Of a stretch of 64,000 nt of DNA, positions 58,096 to 64,000 are shown piece by piece. Both the position numbers and the translations under genes were made by a program. The stretch is taken from assembly GCA_001782165.1 (NCBI GenBank), contig MFNV01000005.1:545-64544 (forward strand), written 5' to 3'. Source of the stretch: Candidatus Levybacteria bacterium RIFCSPHIGHO2_01_FULL_41_15 (GTDB lineage: Bacteria > Patescibacteriota > Microgenomatia > Levybacterales > UBA12049). The notes beneath the pieces were generated by a model, which saw only the letters and a list, made by a program, of their open reading frames with translations, was not told the origin of the DNA and searched no databases. Numbering within the stretch: position 1 is the first letter of the stretch; every line of letters starts with the position of its first letter.

Positions 58096-58992
58096 TTATA
58101 ACCTTTCAAAAACTCTAAGCTTAGCACTTCTACTTCTTTTATTTTGTTTTACTTCTTCAAACGTAGGCAAAACAGGTTTTTTGGTTATTATTCTTCCCAT
58201 ATTTTTATTTTCAAAATCTTCAAAACTGTCTTTTACAATTCTGTCCTCCAAGGAATGAAAACTTATTACTTCAAGTCTTCCCCCTTTTTTTAAAAGTCTT
58301 AAGGTTTTGGGAAGAGCTCCCTTAAGATTGTTTAATTCATCATTTACAGCAATTCTTAAGGCCTGAAAAACTCTTTTGCCTATAAGCGCCCTCTTAAAGG
58401 CAGACAACCTCTGATTTTTGCCGGATAATTCCTCCAATGTCTTCATTAAATCATCGGTCGTCTCGATTCTCTTTATTCTACGGGCCCTGACAATACGACC
58501 AGAAACGACCCGAGCAAAACGCTCCTGACCCAATTTAGAAAATAATTCATAAAGTTCATTTTTTGATAAAACACTTATTAGATCTGCTGCTTTAACTGAC
58601 AGGGATTTTCCCATCCTCATATCAAGCGGACCTTTTTTTTGATAACTAAAACCCCTTTGTGATTGATCTATCTGAAAACTTGAAACTCCAAGATCAAATA
58701 TTATTCCCGAAACTTTGTCAAAATTATTTAAATGTGCAATTCTGTCAATGTCCTTAAAATTTCCGAGAACAGGTACTAATTTAAAATTAAAAATTTCAAA
58801 TTTAAAATTTTCTTTGATAAACCGTATTGCTTCTTCATCTATATCTATTCCCAAAACTCTTCCGCCCAACTTGAGTATTTCCTTTGTATGCCCTCCTCCG
58901 CCAAGCGTCGCATCTATATACTTCTTTCCTTTTCCAACATTAAGAAACTCTAAGATCTCTTTTAAAAGAACAGGCGTATGGAATCGATTCAT
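58096..58992 (-). CDS. rsmH: 16S rRNA m4C1402 methyltransferase
   Basis: HTPVLL, DATLGGGGH, DLGVSS, FQALRIAVNDEL, SFHSLEDR. Confidence 0.97.
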   Translation of the reverse strand: MNRFHTPVLLKEILEFLNVGKGKKYIDATLGGGGHTKEILKLGGRVLGIDIDEEAIRFIKENFKFEIFNFKLVPVLGNFKDIDRIAHLNNFDKVSGIIFDLGVSSFQIDQSQRGFSYQKKGPLDMRMGKSLSVKAADLISVLSKNELYELFSKLGQERFARVVSGRIVRARRIKRIETTDDLMKTLEELSGKNQRLSAFKRALIGKRVFQALRIAVNDELNNLKGALPKTLRLLKKGGRLEVISFHSLEDRIVKDSFEDFENKNMGRIITKKPVLPTFEEVKQNKRSRSAKLRVFERL

Positions 58993-58997
58993 TGCCC

Positions 58998-59501
58998 TTA
59001 CTCTTTCTTCCCTGCCTTGTCGGCAGGCAGGCCTGCCTTGCTCGACTCGCTGCGAAGTGGGCCCAAAGAATGGTCATCTTTTTCAATAAGTCTTTGTGAT
59101 ATTCTGTCAATATTCTTCTCAAGATTCTCTCTATATTCAATCCATCTCTTTTTATCCCAAATCTCAACGTATCGCGAAAGCCCTAGGAATATAATCTCGT
59201 CTTCAATTTTTGCAAATTCTCGTAGGTAAGAAGGTATAACAAACCTTCCTTTATTATCGAGCGCAACATTGCTTGCTCCTCCGAGGAGAAATCGCTGGGT
59301 TTCCCGTGTTTCCGACTGGATAAAGGGTTTACCCTCTGTTCCTTCCAGAAGCTGCTTCCAGTTTTTTTCCGATACGACAATGAGCGAGTTTTCATACCCT
59401 AAAGTTATAATTAGCTTGTCACCTAAGACTTCCCTAAATTTTTTAGGGAAGGCGATTCTGTTTTTTGCGCCGATTCTACCTTCGTATTGACCGATAAGCA
59501 T
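58998..59501 (-). CDS. mraZ: Transcriptional regulator MraZ with repeat-derived C-terminal extension
   Basis: KNRIAFP, DNKGRFVIP, VEIWD. Confidence 0.95.
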   Translation of the reverse strand: MLIGQYEGRIGAKNRIAFPKKFREVLGDKLIITLGYENSLIVVSEKNWKQLLEGTEGKPFIQSETRETQRFLLGGASNVALDNKGRFVIPSYLREFAKIEDEIIFLGLSRYVEIWDKKRWIEYRENLEKNIDRISQRLIEKDDHSLGPLRSESSKAGLPADKAGKKE

Positions 59502-59554
59502 ATTCCTGCCCCCTTTGTTAATATTGATTTAGCTTGCACTGAGCAAAGCGAAGT

Positions 59555-59594
59555 GTCCCACTTTGTTCCACTTTTTCCCACTTTATTCCATTTT
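59555..59594 (-). promoter_or_regulatory. MraZ-binding boxes
   Basis: Minus strand aaaATGGAat aaaGTGGGaa aaaGTGGAac aaaGTGGGac with 10-bp period, overlapping TTGACA-17-CAAAAT; matches known MraZ operator repeats. Confidence 0.85.
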
Positions 59595-59695
59595 GAGACT
59601 TTTCCAAAGGTCTGTCAAGGGGTAAAATAACCAAAATAGTGTAGATTCACAGTCTAAAACACAATATATAGGAGGAACTTGGGGAAATTATACAG

Positions 59696-60151
59696 TTACT
59701 CTTCTAAAGCCTTCTCTACTTGATAAACCTTGCCGTCTATTTTCGTAACCTTAATAATTATTTTTATATCGCTTACATCCTCATCGTAATGACAAACATC
59801 AGAACAAGTACCAAGAACTATTTCTTTTTTAATAGATCTTCCTTTTGCCTCAACCATACCTATTACACCCCTTGGGATATCACCTTCAGAGGTGTAAGAA
59901 AGCTGATATTCAACTTCCTCTATGTCTTCAATTTTTGATATTTCCATTATCACCCTTCTGCCATCCTCCCCCATTGCAATAGAAAGGCCAATTTCATCAG
60001 AGGAAAGCTTGGGAATTTCCTGCTGTTCTCCTGCGGCAGTATTCTCGGGTTTTACTTGTTTTTTAGAAACAAGAAAAAAAATCCCGCCAAGAATGACAAG
60101 AACCAAAATTAAAGCTCCAATCACTATCTTTTTGTCTTTTAAAAAATCCAT
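59696..60151 (-). CDS. Hypothetical single-TM protein
   Basis: N-terminal TM; LGTCSDVCHYD domain. Confidence 0.75.
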   Translation of the reverse strand: MDFLKDKKIVIGALILVLVILGGIFFLVSKKQVKPENTAAGEQQEIPKLSSDEIGLSIAMGEDGRRVIMEISKIEDIEEVEYQLSYTSEGDIPRGVIGMVEAKGRSIKKEIVLGTCSDVCHYDEDVSDIKIIIKVTKIDGKVYQVEKALEE

Positions 60152-60171
60152 ATTATTATTTATACAGATAA

Positions 60172-61698
60172 TTAAGTGGGTGTCAACTGTCTTGCTGTAT
60201 ATATTAAATCTTTTTGCTCTCCCATTCCATCTATAGGGTGTTCTCTAGCCAGACAATTTATGCAGAATTCATTTCTTTTTCCGCCTATAGCTCTTATTAA
60301 TCCCTCAAGGCTTAAGAAATGAATACTATTAGCCCCTATCTCAGTTGCCATTTCTTCATCAGGTTTCACGTCATAATCCTGTCCGCCATTCTTTCTTAGG
60401 GCTTTAAGCTCCATTAGGGTTGCTATATCTACTCCCAAGTCGCATACGTTGATAAATTTAGGGGATGCAGAAACAACATAAACTTCTAAGGCGCCTCTTT
60501 CCAAAAGACTCTTTACAAGTTTTTCTGTCGTTTTTCCTCGAATAACAGAATCGTCAACAATTACAAGCCTTTTCCCGACCACATCATCGGATATCGTGAA
60601 TTTTAACTCTAAAGTTTTATCTCTCCTGTGACTTGAGTCACTTATAAAGGACCTTCCTGGTCTGTAACGGTCTTTTTTAATTAAATTATCCGTAGTTCTT
60701 CCAAGCGCCCTTGCGTATCCCTCTGCTATCTCTATTCCTGAATCGGGGACACCTATGATTACATAGTCCGGAGGAAATTGGATCTCGGAAGCCAATTCTT
60801 CGCCCATTCTTTCACGTATTGACCTCACCTGTCTTTCTCCTTCAAGTGAATAGGGGTGTTTAAGATAAATTGGCTCCACTAAACAACGAGCAGTATTAGT
60901 TTGGGGAAAAATTTGATCAACGGAAATCTCTCCGTTTCTTCTTATATGAACCAATTGACCAGCTCCTACTTCTTTTTTTTCTTCTACCCCTGCTATGTAT
61001 TCCAGTCCTCTGCTTTCAGAAACCAAAACCGCTACGCTTTGTGTTCTTGCCAAAACTAAAGGACGAATTCCAAGCGGATCTTTAACTCCAAACAAATCGC
61101 CATCATCTGTTGCAATAACAAATGAGTAGGCCCCTACCACTCCGTTTAATCCATTAATAACTTTTTCCCGCCATGAGTCACCATCTGCGAAAAGTATTCT
61201 CCAGGCGACTATTTCGCTGTCGGTGTCTGATTGAAAAGGAATACCGGGTGGCAACTCACTTCTTAAACTCTCTAAATATCTTTCCGGGATATTACCGTTA
61301 TGAGCAAGTGCTAAAGAATTTCTATCGTGACTTACTACGTAGGGCTGAAGACATCTTCTTTTCCTATCAGGGTCTTCGTCTTTTCTTCCGGATGTTGCAT
61401 ATCTATTATGACCAATCGCAACTGAACCAGAAATTTCATGCTCTTCTAGCTTTCCGTCGGGAAAAGCTCCCTCTAGAACCAAACCCAGGCCTTTGAAGAC
61501 CCTGAAGGTACCTGAATATCCGTCATACGCAGCAATTCCTGAACCATCTTCACCGCGATTTTGCTGAGCATGTAAGGCAAATCTTACTAGAGAAGCTACA
61601 TCCTGAAAGTCAGAAGATCTTATTCCAACAACAGCACAATGATCTCGAGGTTTATCTAGTTCTTTAGATTCGGAGTGATTAATTACTTTCTCGTGCAT
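60172..61698 (-). CDS. purF: Amidophosphoribosyltransferase
   Basis: Propeptide then CAVVG, QNRGEDGSG, GHNRYATSG, AHNGN, VDDSVIRG, Fe-S cysteines. Confidence 0.9.
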   Translation of the reverse strand: MHEKVINHSESKELDKPRDHCAVVGIRSSDFQDVASLVRFALHAQQNRGEDGSGIAAYDGYSGTFRVFKGLGLVLEGAFPDGKLEEHEISGSVAIGHNRYATSGRKDEDPDRKRRCLQPYVVSHDRNSLALAHNGNIPERYLESLRSELPPGIPFQSDTDSEIVAWRILFADGDSWREKVINGLNGVVGAYSFVIATDDGDLFGVKDPLGIRPLVLARTQSVAVLVSESRGLEYIAGVEEKKEVGAGQLVHIRRNGEISVDQIFPQTNTARCLVEPIYLKHPYSLEGERQVRSIRERMGEELASEIQFPPDYVIIGVPDSGIEIAEGYARALGRTTDNLIKKDRYRPGRSFISDSSHRRDKTLELKFTISDDVVGKRLVIVDDSVIRGKTTEKLVKSLLERGALEVYVVSASPKFINVCDLGVDIATLMELKALRKNGGQDYDVKPDEEMATEIGANSIHFLSLEGLIRAIGGKRNEFCINCLAREHPIDGMGEQKDLIYTARQLTPT

Positions 61699-61701
61699 CC
61701 G

Positions 61702-63033
61702 TTATTCCTGCCGTATAAAGGATGATAATTTATCTATTCTTACCCTTTCCTGTTTCATTGTGTCTCGGTCTCTTACCGTAACTGTCTGGTCTTCAAGGCT
61801 TTGAAAATCAACTGTTACGCAATAAGGTGTTCCGATTTCGTCCTGGTAAAAATATCTCTTTCCTATATTGCCTCTATCATCAAAGGCAATACTTCCAAAC
61901 TCGCTCTTTAAGTTATCATAAATATTTCTTGCAAGTTTTACAAGGTCCATTTTGTTGGCAAGAAGCGGAAATACGGCAGCTTTTATTGGGGACAATTTAG
62001 GATGAAGTTTCAAAACTACCCGATTACCTCCTTCACTATAAGCATCTATAAGAAAAGCCAGCATCATACGTCCTACCCCCACAGATGGCTCAATGACATA
62101 TGGCACATATCTTTTCTTTTTATCATCGTCAAAATAGGAAAGATCACGGCCGGAATATTTACTTTGTTGTTTCAAATCGTAATCTCCTCGATTAGCTACT
62201 CCTTCAAGCTCCCCAAAATCCTCTGCTATAAATGGCCAGTTGTACCAGATCTCAGTTGTTCCTTTGGAATAATGAGCTATGTCTTCTTTTGGTAAATCAA
62301 CAAGTTTAATATTTTCTTTTTTAATTCCTAAATCCAAATACCATTTAAGTCTTTCTTGCCTCCAGTAATCAAACCATTTCTTCGAGGTATCCGGTTCTAC
62401 GAAGTACTCAAGTTCCATCATCTCAAACTCCCGGACCCTGAAAAGAAAATTTCCCGTAGTAATTTCATTCCTGAATCCCTTACCAATTTGCGCTATTCCA
62501 AATGGGATTTTTACGCGCGTTGTAGAAAGAACATTTTCAAAATTAATAAAAATCCCCTGCGCAGTTTCAGGTCTTAAGTAGGTTTTATTTTCTTCATTAT
62601 CAAGGGGCCCCACGAAGGTTTTAAACATTAGATTAAACTTTTTTACATCTGTCCAAGCAACTTGCCTTGAGCCCGTCGAAGGGTGTGTCTTGGCATGCTC
62701 TTCGATTTCTTTCTTAAGATCTGCTTTGAATCTTTCGTGGCAAATTTTGCACTCAATAAGAGGATCTGTAAAAGAAGCTATATGGCCGGATGCCTCCCAG
62801 ACTCTTCGATGAGAAAGAATTGAGGAGTCTAAGCCTACTACGTCATCGCGGGACAAAACCACAGAGTTCCACCACTCCCTTTTTATATTATTTGCAAGTA
62901 AGACTCCCAAAGGTCCGAGATCCCAAACTCCGTTTAGCCCTCCATAAATTTCAGAATTCTGAAAAACAAAACCCCGCCTCTTACACAAAGCAACTATTTT
63001 CTCCATAAGATTCAGACCATTTTCTTGTTTCAT
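61702..63033 (-). CDS. glyQS: Glycine-tRNA ligase (homodimeric, eukaryote-like)
   Basis: KRRGFVF, YLRPETAQG, FRNEI, VIEPSVG, QDEIGTPYCVTVD. Confidence 0.96.
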   Translation of the reverse strand: MKQENGLNLMEKIVALCKRRGFVFQNSEIYGGLNGVWDLGPLGVLLANNIKREWWNSVVLSRDDVVGLDSSILSHRRVWEASGHIASFTDPLIECKICHERFKADLKKEIEEHAKTHPSTGSRQVAWTDVKKFNLMFKTFVGPLDNEENKTYLRPETAQGIFINFENVLSTTRVKIPFGIAQIGKGFRNEITTGNFLFRVREFEMMELEYFVEPDTSKKWFDYWRQERLKWYLDLGIKKENIKLVDLPKEDIAHYSKGTTEIWYNWPFIAEDFGELEGVANRGDYDLKQQSKYSGRDLSYFDDDKKKRYVPYVIEPSVGVGRMMLAFLIDAYSEGGNRVVLKLHPKLSPIKAAVFPLLANKMDLVKLARNIYDNLKSEFGSIAFDDRGNIGKRYFYQDEIGTPYCVTVDFQSLEDQTVTVRDRDTMKQERVRIDKLSSFIRQE

Positions 63034-63049
63034 TCTCTAAAATTAAAAA

Positions 63050-63128
63050 GCGACGGGGGCCACAACCTTCCTACTGACAGGCAAGTCTTTTCCATCGCGT
63101 CTGACGCGACCATTAAATTCTCCGCCAC
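63050..63128 (-). ncRNA. Structured ~79-nt leader RNA upstream of glyS (function unknown)
   Basis: TGcTATCAT -10 six nt before it; closing stem GTGGCGG/CCGTCGC plus T5; inner hairpins TCGCGT/ACGCGA and GAC-TTGCCT-GTC. Confidence 0.5.
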
Positions 63129-63170
63129 AATTGTATGATAGCAAAAAAGGGATATAAAGTGAATTGAGAA

Positions 63171-63362
63171 TTATTTTCCGCTTTGAGGATCGCGCCGCAT
63201 ACTTCTTCTTATTATCCATGCAAGTTCACGTGGTACTATATTGACAGAAGAATACATTCTTCTCATACCATTCCAATGATCATGTCTTGCTCTATGCCCA
63301 CCTTTGTCAGAGTAGTGATTTTCTACTTCTCCTTGTCTTAGTAATCTAAAGCGTTCTTGCAC
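63171..63362 (-). CDS. Small hypothetical ORF
   Basis: 63 aa, GTG start, fills the intergenic gap; no motif recognised. Confidence 0.35.
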   Translation of the reverse strand: MQERFRLLRQGEVENHYSDKGGHRARHDHWNGMRRMYSSVNIVPRELAWIIRRSMRRDPQSGK

Positions 63363-63454
63363 CTAATCTTAGGTTAACAAACTAAAGTAAATCAGTCAAT
63401 AACTCAAACTTGACTTTTGAGGAGTTATTTTGATATGTTTGGTAATATATAGGT

Positions 63455-63931
63455 ATGTCAAACAGAATCAACTTTTACGCGAGGGCTCTTCAAGCAGTCT
63501 ATGTCTTTTTATTTATCATATTCCTGTTAAACGCTTTTACCGTGGACGTTCTCTTTGCTCCTCCTGCTTTGGCAATTTTAAGGGTTCCAAGCAATATAAG
63601 AGGGATAGGAGAGATAATAAATGCTCCGTGGATGCAAAGCCTTCGAGTCTACCATGTATTTCTTTTAATTATAGCTGTTCTTGGATCCTTAAACCTGATA
63701 GGTCTTACAAGACTTGAATCAAGAATCTGGAAAGGAGTTCTAAGATTCTCCTCTTTTCTTGGAATTTTGATTCTATGGTCTTTGATTTTATTTTTCTTTC
63801 TCCCCTTTTTAATACAAGGAAACTACAGTCCCGTCTACCTTAAAACATCTATCATTTATTTGGGTATAACTTTCATAATTTTCCTCGTTAATCTCGCAAC
63901 ATTTACCGTAGCCATTCAGGGACGAAATTAA
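63455..63931 (+). CDS. Hypothetical 4-TM membrane protein
   Basis: Four hydrophobic helices. Confidence 0.75.
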   Translation: MSNRINFYARALQAVYVFLFIIFLLNAFTVDVLFAPPALAILRVPSNIRGIGEIINAPWMQSLRVYHVFLLIIAVLGSLNLIGLTRLESRIWKGVLRFSSFLGILILWSLILFFFLPFLIQGNYSPVYLKTSIIYLGITFIIFLVNLATFTVAIQGRN

Positions 63932-63999
63932 CTTATAAGAAGAGGGAGAATATCCTTAGTCCGCATTTTCTTTTCTATAATATTTTCTATAAAATTCTG
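63928..63999 (-). CDS. 3' end of a gene entering from the right (possibly the RecO C-terminus)
   Basis: Manual translation QNFIENIIEKKMRTKDILPLLIS*; identity is a guess. Confidence 0.3.
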   Translation of the reverse strand, partial: QNFIENIIEKKMRTKDILPLLIS

Positions 64000-64000
64000 T

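Noticed and set aside
63050-63128. SRP RNA, T-box or true tRNA
   Set aside because: Lacks the SRP helix-8 GNRA/AGCAG motif, the T-box UGGNACC bulge and the TTCG T-loop.

Overview
AT-rich bacterial chromosome segment. Gene content and style (minimal dcw genes, eukaryote-type IleRS and GlyRS, many GT-C glycosyltransferases, many apparently leaderless genes) suggest a Patescibacteria/CPR genome, probably Microgenomates-like; this is an inference. Layout: (1) 1-11.1 kb, surface-glycan cluster; (2) 11.2-18.9 kb, tRNA-Val and housekeeping genes (lepB, parB, rpmA, rplU, rodA, ileS, rpiB); (3) ~19.0-25.0 kb, a ~6 kb tyrosine-integrase element inserted in the last codons of ftsZ, whose far end carries a promoter-preceded 14-aa ORF (MFDLDIPAFLRQRN) copying the FtsZ C-terminal peptide; (4) 24.9-31.0 kb, ftsZ-ftsA-ftsQ-like-murG-ftsW-mraY; (5) 31.1-48.3 kb, a surface-structure island splitting the dcw cluster, with a TasA/SipW operon converging on an operon of Asn/Asp/Thr/Gly-repeat secreted proteins plus sortase; both leaders share an identical 17-nt motif linked to terminators, one copy beside a DUF2292/YezD-like gene; (6) 48.4-59.6 kb, glmS, GlmU-like, murA, murC, murE, ftsI, ftsL, rsmH, mraZ; (7) purF, glyS with a structured leader, and hypothetical genes. 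Small REP-like palindromes and heptamer microsatellites are scattered through housekeeping genes, often in frame. All calls were made by eye, without database searches.
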